A DNA stretch of 64,000 bases from a virus, in IMG/VR virus record IMGVR_UViG_3300009151_000035, positions 32,001 through 96,000 of that record, one strand, 5' to 3'. Below the pieces are notes generated by a model that ran no database searches, had not been told where the DNA came from, and saw only the letters and a program-made list of their open reading frames with translations. Of the stretch, positions 46,294-56,276 are shown piece after piece; the first letter of the stretch is position 1, and every line of letters starts with the position of its first letter. A program made the translations under genes and the position numbers.

Positions 46294-46584
46294 ATGCAAA
46301 AGGCAGCAAATTTTGTTGCAAAGTACTCTACTGCCAACAAGTCCAAAGCAGTCGTGCCTTATGACAAAATAAAAGCTACAGAAAAATGGCTAGAGTACAG
46401 CCTGGACATTGTTGACATGAATAAAATTTTGATGAAGTCAGATTTTAACACCAAATGGCAATTGATGGAGGCATTAGACATTGCAGAACGCAAACGCAAA
46501 TACATGTACAATCACAAAAACTTTGAACTCAAACGTGCCCTGCGTTTGTTTGACCTCTGCCGAGATTTAACTGCAAATAAGTAA
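46294..46584 (+). CDS. Hypothetical protein (start ATG 46294 after AGGAG)
   Basis: ORF 46273..46584 of the track, with an RBS-supported start. Confidence 0.65.
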   Translation: MQKAANFVAKYSTANKSKAVVPYDKIKATEKWLEYSLDIVDMNKILMKSDFNTKWQLMEALDIAERKRKYMYNHKNFELKRALRLFDLCRDLTANK

Positions 46585-46592
46585 GGACACAC

Positions 46593-47726
46593 ATGAGCAC
46601 CACATTCAAAATCAAACTGCTAAACCCCCGCAGTTCCGACACCAACATCTTGGGCATGGAGCCAACCTGGCAGGTCCAGCCCACTGAGTATCGAATAAGC
46701 AGACTTAGCAAAGCGTTCTCCTGGTACAACTATTTCTACGGCAAAAAAGATGCCAGGGACATGATTGTGCATTACTTGGAAGCACATGACCGCCGGGCAG
46801 ATGTGCGACTGCTAAAAGGCATTCCAGACTCGGCAATTCGACTGACCACAGGTTGGTTGTGCCGCATGAGCATGGTGGGCTTGGAACTACATGACACAGA
46901 ACAGCTCAAATTGCAAAACCAATTGAGAGAAATTTTAGACAGCAAGCAGGCCGAAGTCGCAGAAGTCACAGAAGAGCCTGCTGTGGCCAAGCCCAACATC
47001 CAGGACCGACTGCGCGAAAAAGCGTCAGAGTGCAATGGTGAACTGGATGGCATGTTTGACGAGTTTATGTTAAGTGGCGCCAAAATGACAGCAGACTTTA
47101 AGCCTGTCACAATCATGCGTGGCCTCAATGTAGCACCACAAATGATCAGCCAAATTTTGGACAACTGGAAACGCAAACTGTTAGAGTTTGAAGCAGTGGC
47201 GGAAGGCAAGGATGCTCAATTAGTTGAAGCCTACAGCTATCTCTCCAAAATTCAACTGCGCAATGTGATCAAGTTTTGCGAAGCTGTTGTAAACGACTGC
47301 GGTGCTTATGTACAGATTAAAAAAGTGGAACGCAAGCCACGCAAGGTTAAGGCAGTGCCACCAGAGAAACGTGCGGCCAAGTTCAAGATGCTGGCAGAGT
47401 TTGCAGAGCTCGAGCTCAAATCATTGCCAGCCGCAAGCCTTGTGGACAAGGCAGAGGCCTGGCTGTATGACAGCAAAAAACGCAAGCTAATTCACCTTGT
47501 GGCAGACAGCCACACACAGGCATTCACTGTAAAGAACAACTCCGTCATTGGGTTCTCAACAGTAGAAACAGTACAAAAGACTCTGCGCAAACCAGCAGAA
47601 CAGCTGAAAGGCATTGTGGGTGTAGGCAAGCCAGCCGCTCGCAAAGCGTTCAAAGATATCAAAGCCACCGAAACTGCATGGAACGCTCGTGGCACAGAGA
47701 ACTTGATCATACTTAAGAGCTGGTAA
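46593..47726 (+). CDS. Conserved hypothetical phage protein
   Basis: 377-aa ORF with AAGGA RBS. C-terminal W.Y..K.RKL...QKTLRKP...R..E..IIL pattern. Confidence 0.7.
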   Translation: MSTTFKIKLLNPRSSDTNILGMEPTWQVQPTEYRISRLSKAFSWYNYFYGKKDARDMIVHYLEAHDRRADVRLLKGIPDSAIRLTTGWLCRMSMVGLELHDTEQLKLQNQLREILDSKQAEVAEVTEEPAVAKPNIQDRLREKASECNGELDGMFDEFMLSGAKMTADFKPVTIMRGLNVAPQMISQILDNWKRKLLEFEAVAEGKDAQLVEAYSYLSKIQLRNVIKFCEAVVNDCGAYVQIKKVERKPRKVKAVPPEKRAAKFKMLAEFAELELKSLPAASLVDKAEAWLYDSKKRKLIHLVADSHTQAFTVKNNSVIGFSTVETVQKTLRKPAEQLKGIVGVGKPAARKAFKDIKATETAWNARGTENLIILKSW

Positions 47727-47734
47727 ATACTGGC

Positions 47735-48697
47735 ATGCATGCTATTCCAGACGAGGATCCTGGCGATCCTCGTGTTTTCGTTCCCAATGTTGAATTTTAT
47801 ATAACCAATGTTTGCAATTTAACTTGCACTGATTGCAATCGATTCAACAATCATAATTTTCGTGGCTGGCAAAATTGGAATGATTATGCCGAGCAGTACC
47901 AACAATGGGCCAAGTATATTAAATTACAACGCATAACTATTCTTGGCGGAGAACCATTATTAAATCCTACCATATGCGATTGGATTGATGGCATCAATCA
48001 ACTGTGGGGCAAGACAGTGCAGGTGCTTACAAATGGCACGCGGTTGAATCATGTTCCAGATTTGTATGATCGCATGATCAAATTCAATGATCCAGTGTTG
48101 GTTTGTAAAAAAAATTGGATTGGTATTAGTTTACACAATGAAAACGACAGACAACGTTGTTTTGCTGAAATACAAAAGTTCCTTAAAGGTACAATCACTT
48201 ACTATGCAAAAGATCATCCAGACAACGTAGACAACAGCGCCACTTATGGCGCAGATCATGCATTTATAGACAGCAATGGAATGAGAGTGCATGTATGGGA
48301 ATATAATTCTTTTTACAAGTCTGCAATACAAAGAAATGCTCAAGGCAGGCTCAATTTATGGAACAACGATCCAGAAGAGGTGCACAGATATTGCGGATTT
48401 GTGCAGTATAAATGTTATCATTTTATAAAAGCCAAACTCTACAAATGCGGACCAGTTGCACTATTTCCCGAGTTCGATCAACAGCATACGTTGAATATAT
48501 CAGATCAAGATCGAGATTTGATCAATAGCTACCTCCCACTTAGTGTGGATCAGTTTGAACAGAGAGGTCAAGAATTTTTAGATCATATAGATGACATGAT
48601 CCCTCAATGTAAATTTTGCCCCACTGACAAACAACTTTCTGGTAAAAAATTATTTGCAGTGAGCAAAAAAATTAATTCAGTCAGCGGGTTTGACTAA
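47735..48697 (+). CDS. Radical SAM protein
   Basis: CNLTCTDC, LGGEPLLNP, TNG, C-terminal LYKC and QCKFCP. Confidence 0.88.
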   Translation: MHAIPDEDPGDPRVFVPNVEFYITNVCNLTCTDCNRFNNHNFRGWQNWNDYAEQYQQWAKYIKLQRITILGGEPLLNPTICDWIDGINQLWGKTVQVLTNGTRLNHVPDLYDRMIKFNDPVLVCKKNWIGISLHNENDRQRCFAEIQKFLKGTITYYAKDHPDNVDNSATYGADHAFIDSNGMRVHVWEYNSFYKSAIQRNAQGRLNLWNNDPEEVHRYCGFVQYKCYHFIKAKLYKCGPVALFPEFDQQHTLNISDQDRDLINSYLPLSVDQFEQRGQEFLDHIDDMIPQCKFCPTDKQLSGKKLFAVSKKINSVSGFD

Positions 48698-49364
48698 CGT
48701 GAAAAAAGTATTGTTGACTTTTGGCGATAGTTGGCCCCAGGGAGCCGAGCTCGGAGATGGAAAACGATACGGTGAAATTTTACAAGAACAAATGGGGTTT
48801 GACGAGTTCTATAACTATGGCCGTGGTGGCACCAGCAATGAACACATGTTGCAACAGTTGCAAAAATATCTTGATGAACACCACAGAGCAGATCACAAAA
48901 CAACTGCAATTTTTTTCTTAACCAATCCGCATCGCACAGCATATTGGCCCCAAGACTCGGATTTTAACATACACGGTTCTGCTCGACAGCATTGGAATGA
49001 TGATGCCAAAAAAGTGTTTATGCAAACATGGTTGCATTTTCACACAGAAGAAGTAACTGTGATGCGATCAAGTCTGAGTGTATGTGCATTGCAAACATGG
49101 TGTAAACACAGTGGCATAGAAGATTATTATTTTTCAGGATGGGTAAAGTATCCTACTTGGTTGCCATTTGTAAATGCCGATAAAATCTATGCTGGAGGAC
49201 AAGAAACTGCGGCTGATTGGTTTGGTGCTCTTGACCACAACGGTGACAGTTTATACAATGTAGAGGATAATCCATACATTCGCCCAAATTTTTGCCATCC
49301 AAATCAATTAGGGCATCAACACATAGCTGACCGATTGCAGAGCTGGATGCAATCTAAACAATAA
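48690..49364 (+). CDS. SGNH/GDSL-hydrolase-like protein
   Basis: FGDSW (block I), NYGRGGTSN (block II), HPNQLGH..IA (block V). Confidence 0.7.
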   Translation: MTNVKKVLLTFGDSWPQGAELGDGKRYGEILQEQMGFDEFYNYGRGGTSNEHMLQQLQKYLDEHHRADHKTTAIFFLTNPHRTAYWPQDSDFNIHGSARQHWNDDAKKVFMQTWLHFHTEEVTVMRSSLSVCALQTWCKHSGIEDYYFSGWVKYPTWLPFVNADKIYAGGQETAADWFGALDHNGDSLYNVEDNPYIRPNFCHPNQLGHQHIADRLQSWMQSKQ

Positions 49365-49385
49365 ATACAAGGACACGGAGTCCCT

Positions 49386-50153
49386 ATGGCAGAACAGCAA
49401 GACACACTATCTCAGCTCAAGCAAAATCTCATTGAGTATGTACAGCTTCAGCTGGGCAGCCAAATCATTGATTTGGAATTGGATCCAGCACACTACGAAG
49501 CCGCATATACCAAAACAATTGGCACTTACCGCCAACGAGCACAAAATGCCTACGAGGAAAGCTACAGTTTTTTCACCTTGGTGAGGGATGAAAACATCTA
49601 CACATTGCCCCAAGAAGTTGTGAGTGTGCGACAGTGTTTTCGCAGAACGTTTGGTGACTCAACTGGACCGTTTGCCAGCAATTTTGATCCGTTTGCACAG
49701 GCCAGTTTGAACGTTTACCTGATGAATTTCAATGTGGCTGGTGGTCTTGCCACATATGATTTTTACAGTCAATATGTTGAGTTAGCTGGACGTATGTTTG
49801 GTGCATACTTCAACTACACATTCAATCCTGTCACAAAGAAATTGCAGTTGATCCGCGATCCCAAGAATACAGGTGAAGCTGTGCTGATTTGGACTTACAA
49901 TTTGAAACCAGAAATCAATCTCTTGAGTGACTTTCAAATATCACAGTGGATCCGTGATTACATGGTAGCCAACTGCAAGATGATTATTGGTGAAGCCCGT
50001 GAAAAGTTTGGCACTATTGCCGGACCACAAGGCGGTGGTACCCTAAATGGCACTGCTATGAAAGCCGAAGCCAAGACAGCCATAGACGAGTTGTTAGGCC
50101 AGTTAGTTAACTATGTAGATGCCAGCCAGCCCTTGACTTGGGTGATTGGTTGA
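49386..50153 (+). CDS. gp13: Neck protein (head-tail adaptor)
   Basis: LG...IDLELD..HY, W..DY..A..K..IGEAREKF..I.GPQGG.TLNG..MK.EA. Confidence 0.85.
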   Translation: MAEQQDTLSQLKQNLIEYVQLQLGSQIIDLELDPAHYEAAYTKTIGTYRQRAQNAYEESYSFFTLVRDENIYTLPQEVVSVRQCFRRTFGDSTGPFASNFDPFAQASLNVYLMNFNVAGGLATYDFYSQYVELAGRMFGAYFNYTFNPVTKKLQLIRDPKNTGEAVLIWTYNLKPEINLLSDFQISQWIRDYMVANCKMIIGEAREKFGTIAGPQGGGTLNGTAMKAEAKTAIDELLGQLVNYVDASQPLTWVIG

Positions 50154-51280
50154 TGAATTTTTATCATCGTGACATTGATTGGGTAGTTTCCCCAGATTTT
50201 GATTTAGAAACTTGCGTTGATCGAACTATACGTGCTTGCCAGGGACACAATGCAAAGTTGATGATTGCCATGTTGTTCTGGGAGCCACACGATATGACTC
50301 CAGAAATTGAACGCAAGATACAATATCTAGTGACTCAACTCAAACTGAACGGAATAGACACAATCGGATTAATGCATCACAGTTATGGTGACTTTGCCAC
50401 AGTGCCATTTTTAGAACTGGTCAAAGTTGATTGGTGTTTATGGAAGACTTGGAATCTTATTAAAGTACATAAAGTCAGTGAGCAAAACTTGCACTGGAAC
50501 AATCAAGCTGACAAGTTTTTATTTCTCACTGGCAAGCCTTACAGAATCAACAGAGCAAGATTGTTATGGAAATTAATTGGTGCCGGTCTTAAAGACCGCA
50601 TGGTTTGGAGTTTGTTTTGTCATGATGACAGCGATTTTGATTTTACACACACTCAGTTTCCAAACTTTTCGAAAGAACAATTGAGAATTTGGATTGATCA
50701 GCATCTGAGCAATCCAGACAATATTGAACTAGCAATTAGAGATACCCCTTCGTTAAGTGCCCACTATCAGGGATTTCCTTACGACCCTAAATTATTTGCC
50801 GACACACTATTTCGTCTAGTGTCGGAAACAAGTTGTCGAAATGAAAACGAAATATCAAGTTATTTTCGGCACTATCCCACTGAAAAATTTTACATCACGG
50901 CGTTTAATTCCCAACCTTGGATTTTGGCTGCTGACCCAGGACTATTGAGTTATTTAGAAAATGAAGGATATGATGGATTTCGTTGGGCACTAAGTGAACC
51001 ATACGATCATATATTACCTCAACAGTCAAGGATAGATGCAGTTGTGAGGTGCACCAAGTCTTGGGTAGAATCCGGAATCCCTGATCATGATCGAATAAGA
51101 AAAAGTGTAGAACACAATGCCAGGCATGTTGAAAGTCTAGCACTAAAACAAAGAGATGCATTAGACTCTGTTAATCAACGATACCGTTTAGGGCTTTCAG
51201 AGTTGACAGATCTTTTTCCCATACTTGATCGTGATCCATATGTGGAAAAATATCACGGATTTACCTGGGAATACCTGTAG
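50153..51280 (+). CDS. Hypothetical glycosyltransferase-like protein (same family as 16972/17891); start at the TGATG overlap
   Basis: FLFLTGKP...R, FRLVSET, PTEKFY......PWI, L...GYDGF. Confidence 0.5.
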   Translation: MNFYHRDIDWVVSPDFDLETCVDRTIRACQGHNAKLMIAMLFWEPHDMTPEIERKIQYLVTQLKLNGIDTIGLMHHSYGDFATVPFLELVKVDWCLWKTWNLIKVHKVSEQNLHWNNQADKFLFLTGKPYRINRARLLWKLIGAGLKDRMVWSLFCHDDSDFDFTHTQFPNFSKEQLRIWIDQHLSNPDNIELAIRDTPSLSAHYQGFPYDPKLFADTLFRLVSETSCRNENEISSYFRHYPTEKFYITAFNSQPWILAADPGLLSYLENEGYDGFRWALSEPYDHILPQQSRIDAVVRCTKSWVESGIPDHDRIRKSVEHNARHVESLALKQRDALDSVNQRYRLGLSELTDLFPILDRDPYVEKYHGFTWEYL

Positions 51281-51306
51281 ACAAGTTTAGAAATTTAGTC
51301 TATAAT
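51278..51306 (+). promoter_or_regulatory. Sigma70-type promoter driving a leaderless exonuclease transcript
   Basis: TAGACA-N17-TATAAT, ATG 6 nt downstream, no SD. Confidence 0.7.
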
Positions 51307-51312
51307 GTTGTT

Positions 51313-51834
51313 ATGGACTTGATGATTGATCTTGAGGGCTTGGGAACAGGCCCTGACACTACTATTCTTACCATTGCCGCCCAGGCATTTGATCCTTTTG
51401 GCTCTGGTTATTATGAGCAATCATTCTACGCCAGAGTCACACTGGAAAGCCAAGAAACTCGTAGCATACAGCAAGGCACCATAGAGTGGTGGGCCACACA
51501 ACCTGCTGTGGTGCGTGACGAAGCATTTGCTGAAGAAGATCGCATGCCCTTGGATGAGGCTCTAGACGGATTAGGCCGACTGATCTGGCATGCCAAGCGT
51601 ATTTGGGCCCAAGGTCCAACATATGACATGAATATACTGGAGCATGCTTACAAGAGCTACAACAAACCCTTGCCCTGGCAATATTACATGGTGCGTGACA
51701 GCCGTACAGTGTTCTCACTGTGGCCAGACCAGCCCTTGCCTCCTACCACACACCATGCGCTAGAAGACTGCCGCAGACAAATTGGCATGTTACAAAATAC
51801 ACTTAAATACCTCAAAGTTCAGGAGTTGAAATGA
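51313..51834 (+). CDS. DEDDh 3'-5' exonuclease (Rv2179c/exonuclease-like)
   Basis: MIDLEGLG, WAQGP.YD, RD.RT, HHALEDC. Confidence 0.9.
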   Translation: MDLMIDLEGLGTGPDTTILTIAAQAFDPFGSGYYEQSFYARVTLESQETRSIQQGTIEWWATQPAVVRDEAFAEEDRMPLDEALDGLGRLIWHAKRIWAQGPTYDMNILEHAYKSYNKPLPWQYYMVRDSRTVFSLWPDQPLPPTTHHALEDCRRQIGMLQNTLKYLKVQELK

Positions 51835-52493
51835 TCATTGGCATCTGTGGATTCATTGGGTCAGGCAAAGACACTATTGCTGACTATCTGGTAAATTTGC
51901 ATCACTTTCGTAGAGAAAGTTTTGCTTCGACACTAAAAGATGCTGTGGCACAAGTGTTTGGCTGGGATCGAACCATGCTGGAAGGACGCACAAAACAAGC
52001 TCGTGAATGGCGCGAGCGTGTGGATCCGTGGTGGGCAGAACGCCTGGGTATGCCCACACTAACACCACGTTGGATCTTGCAATACTGGGGTACAGAAGTG
52101 TGTAGAGCAGGATTCCATGATGACATCTGGATTGCCAGCTTGGAAAACAAACTGCGTCACAGCCAAGATGATGTTGTGATATCAGATTGTCGTTTTCCTA
52201 ACGAAATTTTAGCTATCAAGAATGCTGGCGGTCGTGTGATCCGTGTGGTGCGTGGGCCTGAGCCAGCATGGTACAACTCGGCAGTGAGTGTCAATCGTGG
52301 TGCCAATGGCAATTCAACTTGGGCTCTTAGTCAGCGTAAATTAGAAAAACTAGGCATCCATGCGTCAGAAACTGCATGGGTAGGAACTGAGTTTGATGCT
52401 GTGATAGACAATAACAGCACCCTTGATGACTTGTATCAGCAAGTTAAAAATCTGGTTCAAGATCGCCCTGTCGCCATGGAAGATCGCTCTTAG
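51831..52493 (+). CDS. gp1: Deoxynucleoside monophosphate kinase (T4 gp1-like)
   Basis: IIGICGFIGSGKDT, SFA..LKD, TPR..LQ.WGTE, ISDCRFPNE, HASE. Confidence 0.92.
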   Translation: MIIGICGFIGSGKDTIADYLVNLHHFRRESFASTLKDAVAQVFGWDRTMLEGRTKQAREWRERVDPWWAERLGMPTLTPRWILQYWGTEVCRAGFHDDIWIASLENKLRHSQDDVVISDCRFPNEILAIKNAGGRVIRVVRGPEPAWYNSAVSVNRGANGNSTWALSQRKLEKLGIHASETAWVGTEFDAVIDNNSTLDDLYQQVKNLVQDRPVAMEDRS

Positions 52494-52788
52494 ACAGTTC
52501 TACTTCACAGTTTCTACAAACTGATTTGAGATTCTTGAGTCCAGTATTGTTTAGGTCTCCATCTGTGTGATACACAAAAATTTGTGCTGCATACTTGGCT
52601 CGAAATCCACAACGATCACAGCTCATTTTTTTCTTGTAGCCTGCTGATTTCCAGCGTGGCTCTCTGGGTTTTAACCCACGCCCTTTCCTAGCACAAGTCT
52701 CACACCTTGATCGATAGTGTGTGATATCCTCACGAATATAGTTTACAGCACAGGGGCGTTGATGGCAGGCTTGACAAATGGGTCTCAT
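52444..52788 (-). CDS. Zn-binding HNH-like protein
   Basis: CQAC, CETC, CDRCG, H.DGDLNN....NL..VC.NC. Own TAAATA promoter. Confidence 0.7.
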   Translation of the reverse strand: MRPICQACHQRPCAVNYIREDITHYRSRCETCARKGRGLKPREPRWKSAGYKKKMSCDRCGFRAKYAAQIFVYHTDGDLNNTGLKNLKSVCRNCEVELSKSDLPWRQGDLEPDF

Positions 52789-52852
52789 ACGGTATTTAGC
52801 GGCACGGACCTTTGGTAAAGGTATTCAAAACGGCTGTTTTTTTCAAGGTCTC

Positions 52853-52860
52853 TATAAATA
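52853..52860 (+). promoter_or_regulatory. T4-type late promoter TATAAATA
   Basis: Exact consensus upstream of the sheath gene RBS (AAGGA). Confidence 0.8.
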
Positions 52861-52884
52861 TTAGAACTTGAAAAGGATTCAACC

Positions 52885-55800
52885 ATGGCTCTCATATCAC
52901 CCGGCGTACAAGTAACAGTAATTGACGAAAGTCAATATATTCCATCAGCAGTCAACACAGTACCATACTTTGTAATTGCAACAGCACAGAACAAAGTATC
53001 TGGTGCTGGCGTGGGAGTAGCTGCTGGTACCACAGCGGCCAATGCTAACAAAACATATTTAATCACCAGTCAGCGTGATTTAACAGCCACTTTTGGTGTG
53101 CCATTCTTCTATAACACCACAACCGGTACCCCAATTAATGGTTACGAACTCAATGAATACGGCCTGTTGGCTGCGTATAGTTCATTGGGTATTAGTAATC
53201 GTGCTTATGTTCAGCGAGTGGATATTGATTTAACCGAACTCACAGCTAGCCTAACACGACCAACTGGAACCCCAGCTGATGGCGCATATTGGTTGGACAC
53301 ATCCACTTCTGTATGGGGTATTCAAGAATGGAATCAATCTACTGGTCAATTTGAACTAGTTACTCCGTTGCTTATTACCAATGCTTCAGATGTGACAGAA
53401 AGTACTAGTGGAACAACTGGACAGCCAGTTTATACACCCAACACCACAGTGGGCAGCATTGGTGATTACGCTATTGTATCACTAGGACAGGCCGAAGCTA
53501 TTTTCAACGTGGGCTGGTATAAAAATTCTAGCAATGTATGGGTTACAGTTGGCGGTCCAGCATGGCAATCATCATATCCAACAATCCAAGGTAATGTGAC
53601 CAATCCCACACTCACTGCAGGACAAAGTATTTTTATTAACGGCACATCAGTATCTGTGCCAGCTATTCCAGACAATACATTGGCTGGATTTGTTACTGCT
53701 GTTAATAATGCAACCATTGTAGGTGTGACTGCTGCGGCGGTGAGTGGCAAGTTTGTAATTTATGCCAATGATCTTGCAACCAACGATGGTAGCACTGCAA
53801 GTGGTGGTATTGTAAGTATTCAGCCCAATGCCGGCGGCACTGCATTGTGTACTGCACTTGGCATTTCGGCTATAGAATATTTGACTCCAATCTTTTTGTC
53901 AGCCTATAGCTATCAAGCACCACGTTGGAACACATCGGGCCCTACCCCAAGACCTACTGGATCTGTATGGAATAATGTCAGCCCAGCAAACAATGGTCTA
54001 GCCGTTCAACTAAAACAATATAGTGCTGCATTAGGAGAGTGGGTGTTACAAAGCTGCCCTGCATATTTTAGCACAACCGCTGCAATCAATGCTTTTGATC
54101 CGTCTGGTGGTGGCAAAAATATTCCAGTTGGAACACTTTGGGTGCAACCCAATGCAAACTTTGCCGAAACAGCACCATTACCGTCTCAAGGATATGAATT
54201 TTATAGACAGACAGCTTTTGGTCAAACCATAGTAACCGGAACTACCACACCAGGATCTAACAGTGATCCTTTGTTTGTGGCAGGCAATAGATTTACAATA
54301 TCTGCATCCCAAGCTGGTAGCACTGTAGCTAACACCGCTACAGTTATATTAAGTGGAACCAGTGTTGCCAGTTTCATTGCCGACATTAGTGCAGCCAATG
54401 TTCCTTATGTGTCTGCTAGTGTTAACTCAGCTGGAAATATTGTGTTTACTCATAGTCAAGGAGGAGTTATTGCACTGTCACCGGTGATTGGCTATGGCAC
54501 ACCAATCTTAACTGCTGGATATACCGCTAACACTACATTTTGCCGACTTTCGGTAACCAATTACACAACACTATTGTTGACTAACTTCTGTAGCGATCCA
54601 GAGTTTAAATATACTTCTAGTGCTACTGCACCTTATCAAGATCCAGCTGACGGCAGATTGTGGTATTATTCAACTCCAAGTCAAGTTGACATTATGATCC
54701 AAAACGGTGGCGCCTGGAGAGGTTATCAAAACGTTACCAACGATGTGCGTGGTTACGATCTTACCCAAACCAATGCCAGCGGCCCAATCTGTGCTGCCAC
54801 AGCACCTGTCACACAAAATGATGTGTCAGCAAGTGCTCTAGTGTATGGCGATTTGTGGGTGGACACCAGCGACTTAGAAAATTATCCCATGTTGTATCGT
54901 TGGGAGGCTGTGAGCGGAGTGGATCAGTGGGTGTCAGTTAATACCACTGACCAGGTCACACAAAATGGTGTGTTGTTTGCTGACGCTCGTTGGGCGCCAA
55001 ACGGCACAACAAATCCTGTAAGCGATCCAATACCAACTATTGTGAGTTTGCTGACCAGCAACTATTTGGATTTAGATGCTCCCAGTTCTGCACTATATCC
55101 GCAAGGTATGCTGTTGTGGAACACACGCCGTTCAGGTTACAATGTCAAGAGCTATCAAAACAATTACTTTAATGCTACCACATTCCCAGATGCAACATTG
55201 CCTGCTGTGACCAGCACCTGGCTCACAGCGTCAGGCAACAAGCAAGACGGCAGCATGTATGCTGGTCGACTGGCCCAGCGTCAAATGGTTGTGGCTGCAA
55301 TGAAGTCAGGTATTGATACTAGCCAAGGCGCTAGAGAAGATACTGCTCAGTACACACTGATTGCGTCACCGGCTTATCCAGAGTTGATTCCTAACATGAT
55401 TGCACTCAGCAATGAGCGTAATAACACACTGTTTGTGGTTGGCGATACTCCAATGCGATTGCCAGCTACAGGTGCTGACATTACAACCTGGGCCACCAAC
55501 AACAATGGTGTTGGCACAGTAGCAGGTGACGGTCAATCTAGCACCAGTAACTATGCTGCAACATTCTATCCAAGCTGTACAACTACAGACTTGAGTGGCA
55601 ACACAGTTGTGACAGCACCAAGTCACATGATGGTTAGAACAATCATCCGCAGTGATGAAGTTAGCTATCCATGGTTGGCACCAGCTGGTACACGACGTGG
55701 TGTAGTAGACAATGCCACACAGATTGGTTATATCAATGGCGCTACTGGTGAATTCCAGCCAATTGGTGTAAACCAAGGCTTGCGCGATGTGCTGTACAGT

Positions 55801-56208
55801 TTGAATGTGAACCCAATTACATTTATTCCGGGTGTGGGTATTACCAACTTTGGTAACAAGACATCAACCACAACTACCACAGCACTGGATCGTATCAACG
55901 TTGCACGCTTGGTAGCATTCTTGCGCGGACGCCTGGAAGAAATTGGCAAATTGTATCTGTTCGAACCTAACGATCAGATCACACGTAACGAAATCACCAA
56001 CACTTGCAACAGCTTGATGGTTGATTTGATTGCCAAACGTGCTATCTATGACTACTTGGTTGTTTGCGACTTGAGCAACAACACGCCAGCTCGTATTGAC
56101 CGCAACGAATTGTGGGTTGATATTGCTATTGAACCAGTTAAGGCTGTGGAGTTCATCTACATTCCTCTGCGTATCAAGAACACTGGAGACATAGCAGCAG
56201 GCCTGTAA
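52885..56208 (+). CDS. gp18: Contractile tail sheath protein with large internal insertion domains
   Basis: SPGVQVTVIDES N-terminus. C-terminal PW.APAG..RG, RDVLY...VNPI, G.KT......LDRINVARL, FEPND..TR, VVCD.SNNTP.RIDRNEL.VDI...PVKAVEFIYI. Confidence 0.96.
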   Translation: MALISPGVQVTVIDESQYIPSAVNTVPYFVIATAQNKVSGAGVGVAAGTTAANANKTYLITSQRDLTATFGVPFFYNTTTGTPINGYELNEYGLLAAYSSLGISNRAYVQRVDIDLTELTASLTRPTGTPADGAYWLDTSTSVWGIQEWNQSTGQFELVTPLLITNASDVTESTSGTTGQPVYTPNTTVGSIGDYAIVSLGQAEAIFNVGWYKNSSNVWVTVGGPAWQSSYPTIQGNVTNPTLTAGQSIFINGTSVSVPAIPDNTLAGFVTAVNNATIVGVTAAAVSGKFVIYANDLATNDGSTASGGIVSIQPNAGGTALCTALGISAIEYLTPIFLSAYSYQAPRWNTSGPTPRPTGSVWNNVSPANNGLAVQLKQYSAALGEWVLQSCPAYFSTTAAINAFDPSGGGKNIPVGTLWVQPNANFAETAPLPSQGYEFYRQTAFGQTIVTGTTTPGSNSDPLFVAGNRFTISASQAGSTVANTATVILSGTSVASFIADISAANVPYVSASVNSAGNIVFTHSQGGVIALSPVIGYGTPILTAGYTANTTFCRLSVTNYTTLLLTNFCSDPEFKYTSSATAPYQDPADGRLWYYSTPSQVDIMIQNGGAWRGYQNVTNDVRGYDLTQTNASGPICAATAPVTQNDVSASALVYGDLWVDTSDLENYPMLYRWEAVSGVDQWVSVNTTDQVTQNGVLFADARWAPNGTTNPVSDPIPTIVSLLTSNYLDLDAPSSALYPQGMLLWNTRRSGYNVKSYQNNYFNATTFPDATLPAVTSTWLTASGNKQDGSMYAGRLAQRQMVVAAMKSGIDTSQGAREDTAQYTLIASPAYPELIPNMIALSNERNNTLFVVGDTPMRLPATGADITTWATNNNGVGTVAGDGQSSTSNYAATFYPSCTTTDLSGNTVVTAPSHMMVRTIIRSDEVSYPWLAPAGTRRGVVDNATQIGYINGATGEFQPIGVNQGLRDVLYSLNVNPITFIPGVGITNFGNKTSTTTTTALDRINVARLVAFLRGRLEEIGKLYLFEPNDQITRNEITNTCNSLMVDLIAKRAIYDYLVVCDLSNNTPARIDRNELWVDIAIEPVKAVEFIYIPLRIKNTGDIAAGL

Positions 56209-56210
56209 AA

Positions 56211-56235
56211 GTGGGGTTCAAGGACCCTATTTTTT
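56211..56235 (+). terminator. Weak terminator-like hairpin after the sheath gene
   Basis: GGGTT-CAAG-GACCC stem followed by a T run. Confidence 0.45.
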
Positions 56236-56276
56236 GACCTCAAGTCTAAGATAAATAAAACTAGGAGATATATACA

